From: Malacoraja senta | Lineage: Eukaryota | NCBI GenBank assembly: GCA_038087875.1 | Contig: CM075988.1 | Coordinates: 21,268,001-21,332,000, forward strand | Reading direction: 5' to 3' | DNA: 64,000 bases | In this document: piece by piece, positions 24,262-38,074 of the stretch | How the letters are laid out: each line of letters opens with the position of its first letter | How positions within the stretch are numbered: position 1 is the first letter of the stretch | The notes under the pieces: generated by a model | What the model saw: the letters and a program-made list of their open reading frames with translations, nothing else | Databases searched by the model: none | Told to the model about the DNA's origin: nothing | Position numbers and translations under genes: made by a program

Positions 24262-24885
24262 GGGCGGCACGGTGGCGCAGTGGTAGAATTGCTGCCTTAC
24301 AGCGGCAGAGACTTGGGTTCGATCCTGACCTCAGGTGCCCTCAGTATGCAGTTCTCCCCGTGACCTGTGTGGGTTTCCTCCAGGTGCTCCAGTTTCCTCC
24401 CACATTCCAAAGACACGCAGGTTTGTTGGCTAATTGGCTTCTGTAAATTGTCGCGAGCTTAGTTTAGTTTGGAGATACAGCGCGGAAACAGGCCCTTCGG
24501 CCCACTGGGTCCGTGCCGACCAGCGATCCCCGCACATTGACACTATCCTACACCCACTAGGGACAATTTTTTACATTCACCAAGCCAATCAACCTACAAA
24601 CCTGTACGTCTTTGGAGGGTGCGAGGAAACCGAAGATCTCGGAGAAAACCCACGCAGGTCACGGGGAGAACGTACAAACTCCGCACAGTCAGCACCCGTA
24701 GTCGGGATCGAACCTGGGTCTCCGGCGCTGCATTCGCTGTAAGGCCGCAACTCTACCGCTGCGCCACCATGGCCGCCCTAGCCTGTAGGATAGAACTCGT
24801 GTACGGGGGGGGGGGAGGGGGGGATCGCTTGTCGGCACGGTGGGCCAAAGGGCCTGTTTCCATGCTGCATCTATAAACTAAAGTA
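24262..24885. mobile_element. V-SINE (+) interrupted by a full V-SINE (-, ~24460-24778)
   Basis: Plus head and V-domain 24262-24450, minus copy, plus tail resumes ~24780. Confidence 0.85.
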
Positions 24886-27134
24886 ACCTAATCTTTCCTG
24901 AAACTACTCAAAATAGAGAATAGAAACTAAAACAGCAACATCACATTCAATTCACTCACGTTTGCAGAGTAAACTTCTTCTTACTGACATTGCACATCAG
25001 AAAATGGAGTAACCGTCAGTGACCACAAGCTCGATTAGTATTCTGGTTACCTGATTGATTGAAAGGCACGGCCTGGAAACAGGCTCTTTGGCCCACTGGG
25101 TCCACGCTGACCATCGATCGCCCATTCACACTTGTTCTGCGCCATTCCACTTTCAGATTCAATCCCTATACATCAGAGGTGATTTTACAGAGGGCCAACT
25201 AACCTAAACTCCGCACATCTTTGGGATTTGGGAGGGAAATCGGGGCACCTGGAGGAAACCCACGCCGTCACAGGTTAGAACGTGCAAACTCCACACAGAC
25301 AGCATCCGTGGTCAGGATCGAACCAGGGTCTCTGCCAGTCTGGATCTTCCCAAAATCTCTCTCCTCCTTGGACAGGTTCATGGATGGGACGGGTTTAGCG
25401 GGATATGGGCCAAAGGCAGGCAGGTGTAGATGGGGATGTAGTGTAGTTGGTCGGCGCGGGCAAATGGGGCTGAAGGGCCTGTTTCCACACTGTATGACTC
25501 CTCCACCTTGGTATCCTAAATGCACCTTGTCATAATCATCATAATCATATTTTATTAGCCAAGTATGTTTTGCAACATTCGGGGAATTTCATTTGCCTAT
25601 AATTTTGCCAATCCAGACAATTACATGTTTTAAATAGACACCAAAAGCTCGAATAACTCAAGAGTCTGAAGAAGGGTCTCGACCCTAAACGTCTGAAGAA
25701 GGGTCTCGACCCGAAACTGATTGGGGATGATCAGCCATGATCACATTGAATGGCAGTGCTGGCTCGAAGGGCCGAATGGCCTATTCCTGCACCTATTGTC
25801 TATTCCTTTTCTCCAGAGATGCTGCCTGACCCGCTGAGTTACTCCAGCTATTTGTGTCCTCTTCGGTTTAAACTAGCATCTGCAGTTCCTTCCTGCACAA
25901 TCACCTCCTTTACCCTGATTCCTTCATTTCCTTTTCAGAAGGAATGAATGAACCCTCCTCAACTAAAAACTGCAAAGGTGCTCGTCAAATATGTCCCTCA
26001 ACCACGAAATAGAGAGCTATGAATTTGCTGACTATGGGGGCCGCGAGGGCGAATGTCTTTGATACTCCTGGTTCTGAAGGCTCTTTATGAGGATGTTGCC
26101 ACAACTTGAGAGGTTGGCGCAGTCTCGGACTTTATAGTTGAGTGGGGCAACGCAAAAAGACAAAGAGACAGAATTTAAAAAAATTTGATGGGATTTTCCA
26201 GCTGACTTTTCTCAATCCTACAGGGTCGACACAAGGAACTAGACGCTGGTTTACAAAATAAAAAACATTGTGCTGGAATAACTCAGTGAGTTGGGCAGCA
26301 TCTCTAGAGGACATGGATAGGCGATGTTTCGGGTCGGGACCCATTCTTCAGACCAAAGATGAGTACAAAGCCGAAACATTCTTCAAAGTTTATGGGGAGA
26401 AGTCAGAAGAAGAGGGTTGAGTAGGAAAAAATAGATCAGCCATGATTGAATGGCGGGATGGACTCAATGGCCTAACCCTGCCCCTGTGACTTATAAATTT
26501 ATGAAACGTTGCTATTCCATGTCCTCCAGAGATACTACCTGACCCGCTGAGTTACTACAGCACTTTGTGTTTAAGAAGGAACTGCAGATGCTGGAAAAAT
26601 CAAAGGTAGATAAAAATGCTGGAGAAACTCAGCGGGTGAGGCAGCATCTATGGAGAGAAGGAATAGGCGACGTCTCGACCCAAAACGTCATCTATCCCTT
26701 CGCTCCATAGATGCTGCCTCACCCGCTGAGTTTCTCCAGCACTTTGTGTGGTTTTTTCCCCACCAATTGGCTCCATGGTTTGGGCTCACGTTGGTATAGG
26801 TTGTGCACGAGGCATCATTTTGGTCTGAAACTGTTGCCAAAACTCTAGCACTACATTTAATCCCCCGCAGAACTTGCCAGAGGCACATTCCTCAAGGTAA
26901 TCCTGAAAGTCTGTTGGGATCTTTAACACCATTTTACAACTTGTTCTTTATTGATGAAGAAACATATGGTGCGATGCGACTCCCATGCAACCACATCACT
27001 TCACGCTGCAACAGCAGACCTGCGAGGAAGTCTGATCATTATCTCCGCCATCTCATTGAGGAAGAGAGTTAAAACCCAAAGCAGCTGCCGCATGCTGAGA
27101 AGAATATTAAAATCAATAAAGATTAGGGTGGGGG

Positions 27135-27427
27135 GGGGGGCACATTGTCGCAGTGGTAGAGTTGCTGCCTTACAGCGTCGGAGACCCGGTTCGATGCTGG
27201 CCACGGGTGCTGTCTGTGTGGAGTTTGTACGATCTCCACGAGACCTGCGTGGGTTTTCTCCGTGAACTTCGGTTTCCTTCCACACTCCAAAGACGTACAG
27301 GTTTGTCGGTTAATTGGCTTGGTATAAATGTAAAAATTGTCCCTAGTGTGTGTGAGAGGGGATCGCTGGTCGGCGCGGATTCGGTGGGCCGAAGGACCTG
27401 TCTCTGCACTGTATCTCTAAACTAAAC
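27135..27427 (+). mobile_element. V-SINE (HE1-like)
   Basis: A/B boxes, V-domain and tail. Confidence 0.88.
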
Positions 27428-27525
27428 AATACTTGTTTCACGATTGGGAGCGTCACAAATAAGGGGACGTGGCTACACAACAGGAGGCCATCGTGTTAAA
27501 AGCTGATACCAAAAGCTAGAGTACA

Positions 27526-27649
27526 GGCCCTGTCCCACTTGGCCGTCATTTGCGCGTAATTTACGCGACATCATTTACGCGACACAATGTACAAAATCTT
27601 CGCGCGCCATCTGCGTGACGCGCAAATGATGGCCAAGTGCGACAGGCCT
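27526..27649. mobile_element. PIF/Harbinger-type palindromic MITE
   Basis: TIR GGCCCTGTCCCACTTGGCC / GGCCAAGTGCGACAGGCC; CpG-rich. Confidence 0.7.
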
Positions 27650-27975
27650 TTTACTCACTGTTTTGGACTTAAATGTAGGCAAGCATAAAAATATGAGAGC
27701 TGAGGTGGCTGAAGTGGACTGGGAAAATGGACACGGTGGGTAAACAATGAATGAGACTGAAAGCAATATTTCATCATTGTCAGCAAAGATAGATTCCGTT
27801 GAGAAATAAAGACCATGAGAAGGATGATCCCTCTGTGGACAGCTAGGGATGCATGGATGACAAGAAGATAGAGAGCTGGGGTAACTCAGCGGGACAGGCA
27901 GCATCTCTGGAGAGACCCTTCTTCAGATGTTTCTACTCCGTGTAGCCGGGGCCATCTCGCCAGGTGCAGCCTTAA

Positions 27976-28157
27976 GGGCCTGTCCCACTTGGCCATCATT
28001 TGCGTGTCACGCAGATGGCGCGCGAAGATTTTGTACATCACAAAATGCTGCGACGACGCGCGTCACTGCCTATGTCATCACGCACCACGCGCGCATCGTG
28101 ACGCGTAAATGATGTCACGTAAATTACGCGCAAATGATGGCCAAGTGGGACAGGGCC
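27976..28157. mobile_element. PIF/Harbinger-type palindromic MITE, inverted relative to the 27526 copy
   Basis: TAA|GGGCCTGTCCCACTTGGCCATCATTTGCG ... CGCAAATGATGGCCAAGTGGGACAGGGCC|TTTA. Confidence 0.75.
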
Positions 28158-28704
28158 TTTAGAGTCACACAGTGATACAGCATGGAAACAAGCCCTTCAG
28201 CCCAACTTGCCCTCACCGGCCAACATGTCCCAACTACACGAGTCCCACCTGCCCGTGCTTGGTCCATATCCCTCCAAACCTGTCCTCCCCATGTAGGACC
28301 TCTACGAGGGCTGTTCACCTCTGGAATTCTCAGCTCCTGAGGATGATGTACTTAAGGTGGAGATAGACTGAAGAAGACTCTCGACCTGAAACATCACCTA
28401 CCCATGTTCTCCAGTGATGCTGCCTGACCTGCTGCGTTACTCCAACACTTTGTGTTCTAGTTGTTTCGCAGTTTGAGAAGCTACATCAGTCTGAGAAAAT
28501 TAGAGCGGTCTAATCTTAAAGCTGAATGAAGTAAAAGTGTTTCATACTGTCAAACGTCACCCGTTCCTTCTCTCCAGAGATGCTGCCTGTCCCACTGAGT
28601 TACTCCAGCATTTCAATTTAAACCAGCATCTGCAGTTCCTTCCTACACATTCATACCATCCAGTTTGTGTAGTGCCAAACAGTCTTAGTCGACAAACAGT
28701 CAGA

Positions 28705-29090
28705 CAAAGATCCTATAGCGGAGCAAGATAGACCACTCCTGCTAAATGCAATGGGCTGACGTGTAGAACGTGGGCCTTTTTTTCATCCATTTCCGTAACC
28801 GGACCCGACTCGCAGTGTAATCAACGTTGCGGGGGAACATTTTGTGTTAATAAATTATAATTCTGAAAATGAGGAGATGATTTTTACCAAATAACTTATA
28901 TTTTTACGAGGATGTTTCCGTAACCGGCTTCCGTCTCCGCTAGTTATCTTGGCTCCGCTGTGGTGGGATCTTTGGTGCGGAGACGGAAGCCGGTTACAGA
29001 AATGGGGCCAAAAATTACCCATGAATCTGCCCATGACCGTACTACGTCTTTTTCGTCGAGTGGACCATCTTGCTCGCTGTAGGATCTTTG
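28705..29090. mobile_element. MITE, inverted second copy of 19496-19903
   Basis: Same TIRs and interior in reverse orientation; TSD decayed. Confidence 0.85.
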
Positions 29091-30849
29091 GTGTCCGACT
29101 TCTCCTAAAATCTCTTGATTTCTTCCAATCTAAGGGGCCATTTGGTTCATTAACGCTAAACAGCCACACACCTTAAAGCTTTGCATCTGCCCATGGTATC
29201 TGTTTCCACTTTAGTTTGAACTCCACGACAGATTGGTTCGTGGTTCTGGCTCCTTGCGATCCCCCAAGCACCACATAAATGGCACTTAAATGAACCGGAA
29301 AGTGCACCTTAACTTGATATCTTTTTCCCAGTGATTTAAACTGCAGGAGCAGATTGACTGTTACCCACTGATTTCTGAGGGTGAAATTTCTCGTCAAATC
29401 TCTTCGATGACATGAGACTCTACCTCGTTCACTTCTGACGGACAAATTGGAAGGATTCGCTAAATTCTATTTCTCTTCCAATAATTTGCCAGTGAATTTA
29501 GTTTAGTTTATAGTTTAGGGAAAAAGCGCAGAAACAGGCCCTTCGGCCCACCGAGCCCGCACCGACCAGCGATCCCCGCACGTTAACACTATCCTGCACT
29601 AGGGACAATATTTCAATTTATACCAAATTATTTGACCTACAAACCTGTACGTCTTCGGAGAGCGGGAGGAAATCGAAGTTGTCGGAACATCTTCTGTTCT
29701 ATATTGAGCGGGGACACCAAAACCTGGCGACACTTACATAGACCCAGTGGGCTGTTTCTATGCATTCCATGCTTAACCGGGGATTGGCAATAATCCTACT
29801 TTTGCTCAGAAGTGTGGAAGGAAACCGGAGATCGCGGAGAAAACCCACATGGGACACAGGGAGAATGTGCAAACTCCGTACAGACAGCAACCATAGTCAG
29901 GATGGAAGCCAGGTCCCTGGTGCTGTAAGGCAGCAGCTCTACCACTGCGCCACTGTGCCGCACCAGGCTGGTGAGATAGATTCTATCGCAGTGAGGAACT
30001 TTCACAGGCGGCGTGCGGCACTGGGGGACGTTAGAAGCTTCTGAAATTCAACATTTCGCTCCCGAGGAAATAAATATTCCTGCAATGCTGCAGCGCTCCC
30101 ATGTTCAAGAAACCTCCAGCCTCCTCCGCCCCCAATCCGTCACTTTCGCTCCAGTCACTGATGAAGCCATGCGGAAAGAGGCGGCCTTGGGGAATTATGG
30201 CGTAGATGATTCCGCTACAAATCCTGGCCTTGGCTGAGGGGAAATGGATGGAGCTGGTACCATCTGTTTGGCTGAAACATAACTCCTACCGGCTAGCTCA
30301 CTCTTGCCACTTAAGGCCTCCTGTGGCCTTTGCTAAAAGTAATTAAAGCACGATGTCCTGTATCAGTTTTGACTAATAATGCCATTATAGGGAGAATTAG
30401 TAATTTAAAACCTTCGCAGATTTGATTTAATCACCACCGCCATCCTGAATATTCGTTTGCAGTAAGACACCACACTGTGACAGCTCAATAGCAAAGCGGA
30501 CAGAATTACCATGTTCCAGATTGATGTTGGAGGCTTTTAAGTTCAAAAAGACTCAGAATGCTGGAGTAACTCAGCGGGTTAGGCAGCATCTCTGGAGAAA
30601 GAGGACAGGTGATGTTTTGGGTTGGCACCCTTCCTCACGACATAGTTTCTCTTCAGACTCTGCAGTCAGTATGTTTCTACATAAGGGTTTAACTGCCGTT
30701 TGTTATAAAAACCGAGGGGTGATTTGTAGTTGTAAAACCAGAAACAACACCTCCACAGTTAACGTGCAAGGTTTACAAGCAATCCTTTACTTGAAATGAC
30801 AAAGTTGTTGTTTTTTTCCTCCTTTGTTCACAGGTCCACGCATCTATGT

Positions 30850-31049
30850 TTAAGAAAGAACTGCAGATGCTGGAAAAAATCGAAGGTGGACAAAAATGCT
30901 GGAGAAACTCAGCGGGTGAGGCAGCATCTGTGGAGCGAAGGAATAGGTGACGTTTCGGGTCGAGTCTCGACCCGAAACGTCACCTATTTCCTTCGCTCCA
31001 TAGGTGCTGCCTCACCCGCTGAGTTTCTCCAGCATTTTTGTCCACCTTC
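30850..31049. mobile_element. Penelope-derived foldback element
   Basis: Near-perfect inverted arms centred on GGGTCGAGTCTCGACCC; imperfect TSD GCATCT(AT)GTTT. Confidence 0.8.
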
Positions 31050-31059
31050 GCATCTGTTT

Positions 31060-31520
31060 CTAGTTCAGTTTATTGCCACGTGTACCGAGGTACAATGGAA
31101 AGCTTTTGCTGCGTGCTAACCAGTCAGCAGAAAGACAATCAAGCCATCCACAGAGTAGATACATGCTAAAGGGAATAACGTTTAGTGCAAGATAAAGTCC
31201 AGTGGTGCCTGATTAAGGATAGCCCGAGGGTCTCCAATGAGGTGGATAGAAGCTCAGGAACGCTCTCTAGATGTTAATAGGATGGATGGTTCAGTTGCCT
31301 GAGAACAGCTGGGAAGAAACTGTCCTTCAGTCTGGAGGTTGTGCGTTTTCACACTTCTTTTCCTCTTGCTGATGGGAGAGGGGAGAAGAGGGAACGGCTG
31401 GTGTGAGATTATGCTGCTGGCCTTGCCGAGGCAGCGTGAGGTGTAAATGAAGTCAATGTAATGGAGGTTGGTTTGTGTGATGGTCTAGGCTGCGTCCACA
31501 ATTCTCTGCGTGACAATGTA
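31060..31520 (-). mobile_element. Rex1/Babar-like LINE 3' fragment
   Basis: Minus strand SITLTSFTPHAASARPAA then DSFFPAVLRQLN and the family 3' UTR. Confidence 0.75.
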
Positions 31521-31579
31521 AAAAAACTAAATGCTGGACACCCAAAAGGAACACAAGAACATTGGCCATTGTGTCTGTT

Positions 31580-31955
31580 TAGACAATAGACAATAGACAA
31601 TAGGTGCAGGAGTAGGCCATTTGGCCCTTCGAGCCAGCACCGCCATTCAATGTGATCATGGCTGATCATTCCCAAATCAGTACCCTGTTCCTGCCTTCTC
31701 CCCATATCCCCTGACTCCGCTATTTTTAAGAGCCCTATCTAGCTCTCTCTTGAAAGCATCCAGAGAACCTGCCTCCACCACCCTCTGAGGCAGAGAATTC
31801 CACAGACTCACCACTTTCTGTGAGAAAAAGTGTTTCCTCGTCTCCGTTCTAAATGGCTTACTCCATATTCTTAAACTGTGGCCCCTGGTTCTGGACTCCC
31901 CCAACATCGGGAACATGTTTCCTGCCTCTAGTGTGTCCAAGCGCTTAACAATCTT
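31580..31955 (-). mobile_element. CR1-type LINE 3' fragment
   Basis: KIVKRLDTLEAGNMFPMLGESRTRGHSLRI...WNSLP. Confidence 0.9.
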
Positions 31956-33276
31956 ATTGTTATCTTTAATGCTTATTCCTCTCATACTTCATTCCCAGAA
32001 TACTGTCGACCTTTGTTTTGAATCAATAATGGGTGAGCCTCCACATCCAAAGATGGAGAAGTCCCAAGGTTCAACTGCTCTGAGACTGCTCCGACACACA
32101 GGACTTTTAACCAAGACTAAACTGGACATTAGATCAGCAGAGCACGGAACACACCCCGCCACCCACACTTCCTACAGCAGGTGGGGTACTTCTTGGTACA
32201 GTGCCAAAGAGGCACAGAGGGTGGAAACAGGCCCTTTAGCCCAACTTGCCCACGCCACCCATCTGCACTAGTCCCACCTGCCTGCATTTGGCCCATATCC
32301 CTTTAAACCAATTAGGGTTTCAGGGGTTATGGGGAGAAGGCAGGTGAATAGGGAGAGATAGATCAGCCGTGATTGAATGGCAGAGTAGACTTGGTGGGCC
32401 GAATGGCCTAAATCTGCTCCTATCACTTATGACCTTATCCAAACGTTTCTAAAATGTTGTGACGGTATCAGCTGCAACTACCTCCTCTGGCAGCTCGTTC
32501 CATACACCCACCACCCCTCGGGTAAAAAGGTTGCCCCTCAAATTCCTATTAAATCTCCCCCCACCCCATCTCCATCCCCAATCACCTTAAACCTATGTTT
32601 GTTGCCTAGTTTTTAATTTCCCTACTCTGGGTAAAAGACAGTCCATTTACTATTTGCCTCACGATCTTATGCACCTCTATAAGATCACTCCTCATCCTCC
32701 TGCACGCCAAGGAATAAAGTCCACATCTGCTCAACCTCCCCCCGTGCCTGGATCACTGAGTTACTCCAGCACGTTGTGTCTATTTTTGTAAGCCAGCAAC
32801 CAGAAAAGTCCGCAGGAAAATTCCATCAAGTAAAGTACATTCTCTCTCCTCTGCTTTTTATCCATGACCCACTCAACTACAAAGTCCCAACCTGCTCAAC
32901 CTCTCCCTGTAACTCAGGCCCTCGAGTCCTGGCAACAACCTCGTAAATCTCCTCTGCACCCTTTCCAACTGGACAACATCAATGGGATGTTTTTTTTTTT
33001 TAATTATCCACGAGAAAGCCTTTGTTTGGGGAGAGCAGGGAAAGACAGCCACAAGCGATGGCGGTCCTCTGGCCATTACACCGAGCTGGCAAGCTGTACT
33101 CTATTCCTTTCCCCTTCCCCACCCCCCCCCCTCCCCCCATTCCCTGGTCCCAAGAGTGAGATGTGAACTTGTAACCTTCTGACTGAGAGAAGAACATTCC
33201 GCCAACCAAATCACAGCCAGCACTGATAATCACAAGCCCTGATACAGCCATCGCAACCAGACCAATAGATTCGCTG

Positions 33277-33516
33277 TTTAAGAAGGAACTGCAGATGCTG
33301 GAAAATCGAAGGTAGACAAAAATGCTGGAGAAACTCAGCGGGTGCAGCAGCATCTATGGAGCGAAGGAAATAGGCAACGTTTCGGGACGAAACCCTTCTG
33401 GGTTTCGGCCCGAAACGTTGTCTATTTCCTTCAGGGTTTCGGGCCGAAACGTTGCCTATTTCCTTCGCTCCATAGATGCTGCTGCACCCGCTGAGTTTCT
33501 CCAGCATTTTTGTCTA
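33277..33516. mobile_element. Penelope-derived foldback element with two copies of the 34-bp unit
   Basis: Inverted arms; TSD CAATAGATT(C/A)GCTG starting at 33263 and 33517. Confidence 0.82.
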
Positions 33517-34787
33517 CAATAGATTAGCTGGTCAGTTCAAGCTAATTTGATCCTGATATTAGACGCAGAGAAGGATGGCAGAGAATGTTACATATCGATT
33601 GATTTAATGGATGTAGACACAAGGAACTGCACACAACGATTTTCCCTTTATCATGTATCTGTAGCTCCTCAGGGTCCTGATCCGAAACGCCACCTATCCA
33701 TTCTTAAGAAGGGTCCCGTCCCGAAACGCCACCTATCCATTTTGCAGAAGGGTCCCGTCCCGAAACGCCACCTATCCATCCGTAACTTATTTTACTCCGA
33801 TTATATGTTTATATGTTTCTTAAATTGTAAGGTGTCCTAGAGACCTCGGTATTAGGCGCCCTTAAAATAAAACCTATTATTATTATTATTACTCCCTGCA
33901 TACAAAGCCATTTTAGTTCCAATCGAATGAGGAAAAAAATAAAAATTCAAAGTGAGCATTCCCGAGGAGGAAACAAACCCGGTCTTTTTGGAGAGCTCCT
34001 CAAAATGAGCAGATGTGGTTAAAAACTGTCGCTGCTCGCTCATAAAGGACCTTCTTCAGTTATGATGGCCGCAAATTTGAACGTCATCCAAATCTTTTCA
34101 AGGCTCAAATTCTTACGAGATAGCAGCTGTTTCTTCCAACTTATTTACTGGTACTTTGAAGATTATACAACACTTAAAGATTCTGCCACCAAGTACTGGC
34201 GCCCTGAAGATGCACTGGGCACCAGGGCACATTGGTGATGGATTTTGGCACTTCACGTTTCTGCACATTGTGCCTTCTGCCTCCTCTAATTCTGTCAAAG
34301 ACAATTGGCGCAATCAAAGCCACGGCGGACACAAAGGGGTTTCCATGGTGACCAGAGCCCGTGTAGAAATGGGGGGGGGGGGGGAGGGGGAGGACTGACG
34401 CACACAGATAAATGGACTCGTGGGGGAAAGGTGCCGTGATTTATTGCCGTGCCCCGCCGATTACTGATATTGTATCAGCAAAGCTCTTGTGCACCACAAC
34501 AAAAATGCCTTTGTGTTCACCTCCGACACTGATATTCATTATGTGATCAAAACTGAAAGAATCTGGCCCTGTCCACATGAAATGGCTCAACGACACAACT
34601 CAAGGGCTCTCCCCAAAAATCCCACAAAATGATGTACGTGGGCCAAATCCAGCATCCAGGAACAGAATCCACGTCCAGGGCCGAGATCTCGCTCTCGAGT
34701 GGATGTAGCAGCACTCCACCATTATTCAATGCAAAACTCTAGCTTAGACAGATCGTCACTCGTTGGTAACGGTTTTAAATGACAAGA

Positions 34788-35862
<1,075 letters not shown>

Positions 35863-35945
35863 CACAGCATCCTCTGTGTAGCTGAGTAACTAGGCTTCCC
35901 CACCGAGCCGTGCTCTGCTAATCCTTTGTTCTGTCTTGGACGCAG

Positions 35946-36039
35946 ATGGATACTGCAGATTGAAGGGACAAAGATGCGTGGCATTGACTCTGAAGGTCAC
36001 GGTTACGGCCTTGGAAAGTTTAGTATATGACAGGGAACG
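35946..36039 (+). other. Candidate internal exon (94 bp), gene unknown
   Basis: Branch-like GCTAAT, pyrimidine tract, GCAG acceptor and ACG|GTGAGT donor; one open frame GYCRLKGQRCVALTLKVTVTALESLVYDRE. Confidence 0.3.
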
Positions 36040-36471
36040 GTGAGTGATTTTTTAATGCTCCATTACGTTAGCGGAGGCAACAGAGGCTGCAAAAAATGAA
36101 ATAAATAGCCCCATGCATTAGTGCATAATTTTCAGATGTTTGCATCAAAATGTTTTAAACCCAGAGTGGAGTGGGCTGCGAATTCAAAATAATGCTGAAA
36201 GGAAGAAGTGACAGATGTGCCTCTGCTCCAGGGTCGATGCTGCAGAGTGCGCTGAGTGAATGTTCCCATGTGATGCGTCTCTCTGGTGGGAGGGCGGAGA
36301 GGGGATCGAGTCCATCCTTCACCCAGTTCCAGGCTGAGCAAATGTAAAACGGCCTTCGTGATTGTCATGTTTACGAACACTTTCGGGCAGCATAAATAAT
36401 GAGCTTTTGTTGGGCGTAATAGTCATCTCAATGCCGAGCTCAGTCAGATGCAGAAACAGAGTGCAAGACGC

Positions 36472-36785
36472 AAGGCAGCACGGTGGCGCAGCGGTAGAGT
36501 TGCTGCCCTCACAGCGCCCGAGGCACGGGTTCGATCCCGACCACGGGTGTTGTCTGTACGGAGTTTTACGTTCTCCCCGTGGCCAGCGTGGGTTTCCTCC
36601 GGGTGCTCCGGTTTCCTCCCACACTCCAAAGACGTCCAGGTTTTGTAGGTTAATTGGCTTCGGTAAAATTCTAAATTATCCCTAGTGTGTGTAGGATAGT
36701 GATAGCAAGCGGGGTGATCGCTGGTCGGCGCGGACTCGGTCGGCCGAAGGGCCTGTTTCCACGCTGTATCTCAAAATTAAACTCT
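36472..36785 (+). mobile_element. V-SINE (HE1-like), full length
   Basis: A/B boxes, V-domain and tail. Confidence 0.9.
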
Positions 36786-36871
36786 GGAAACTGTTTCATA
36801 AAAGTTCAAGAGATTGTTGATTATTGCAAGGACAAGTCAGACCCTGAAACCGGGCAGCTCAGATGTATTGA

Positions 36872-37283
36872 TGGGAGAGAAGGAGAGAGAGAGATGTGGG
36901 TAGGAGAGAGAGATGGGGGAAGGAGAGAGAGAGATGTGGGAAGGAGAGAGAGATGGGGGAGGGAGAGAGAGAGATGGGGGAAGGAGAGAGATGGGGGAAG
37001 GAGAGAGAGATAGGGGGGAGAGAGAGATGGGGAGGGAGAGAGAGATGGGGAAGGAGATAGAGATGGGGAGAGAGAGACGGGTGAGGGAGAGAGAGATGGG
37101 GAAGGAGATAGAGATGGAGAGGGAGAGAGAGATGGTGGAAGGAGATGGAGATGGAGAGGGAGAGAGAGATGGGGGAAGGAGATAGAGATGGGGAGAGAGA
37201 GACGGGTGAGGGAGAGAGAGATGGGGGAAGGAGATAGAGATGGAGAGGGAGAGAGAGATGGGTGAGGGAGAGAGAGGGGGGGG
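36872..37283. repeat. Purine-rich low-complexity repeat (GGAGAGAGAGATGGGG-like units)
   Basis: Direct reading. Confidence 0.95.
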
Positions 37284-38074
37284 TATAAAGGCAAGAACAC
37301 AGAACAGGAATGATAATGGGCCCTCCTCCAGCTCCATTATCCCAGGGGGAGGGAGAGTGGGGAGAGTGGGTGGAGAGAGGATAATTGTAAAGTGTACCCT
37401 CAGCAGAAATGAGATTTTTACTTGCAGCAACATACTGCAACAGGCCTGTAAGCACTATATACATAGATATTATATAATAAATATTCAATTAACTAATAAC
37501 CCCAATATTACAGCAATAAAAGCCCAAACTCGTTTGTGCAACCAAAGTCAGTTCAGAGTTGAGGTCAGTATTGTGCAGTGTTCAAGATGTCTGTTGGGAA
37601 GAAGACCTTCTTGAACCTGGTGGTTGGGTGGGGGATTGCAACCATCAACCAATGCAATCAACCTGGCGTGCACAATCAAATAGGATCAAATAGAACAAGT
37701 TGTTGTACAACTTTAGGCTGTGCACGCCATACGCAAGAAGAAGAACCTGGTGGTCACAGTTTTCAGACTCCTGTACCTTCTTTCCAAGGATAGGAGGGAA
37801 ATGAGAGAGGGATCAAGGCTCTCTTGGTCTGTACAAATCTCCTCTTATCCCCCAACATCTACCCCAGCAGGTTACTTCAGGATACAGGTGCTTAAGCCCA
37901 GCAACAACACTCAGTGAAAACTCCAACAAGGTCATCACTATGTCCAGGAGCACACTTGAAATTTGTGATGGGACCAAACATAGCTGCTCAAAATCTTGGG
38001 AGAAACAATGAAATCTTGAAGAAAAAACAAGCAGTTGCTGGCTTCCCCAAAAAAGACCAAACATTCTGCAGTAA

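Noticed and set aside
36821..37488. Ser/Pro/Leu-rich and Glu/Arg-rich ORFs
   Set aside because: Translations of the GA-rich low-complexity repeat.
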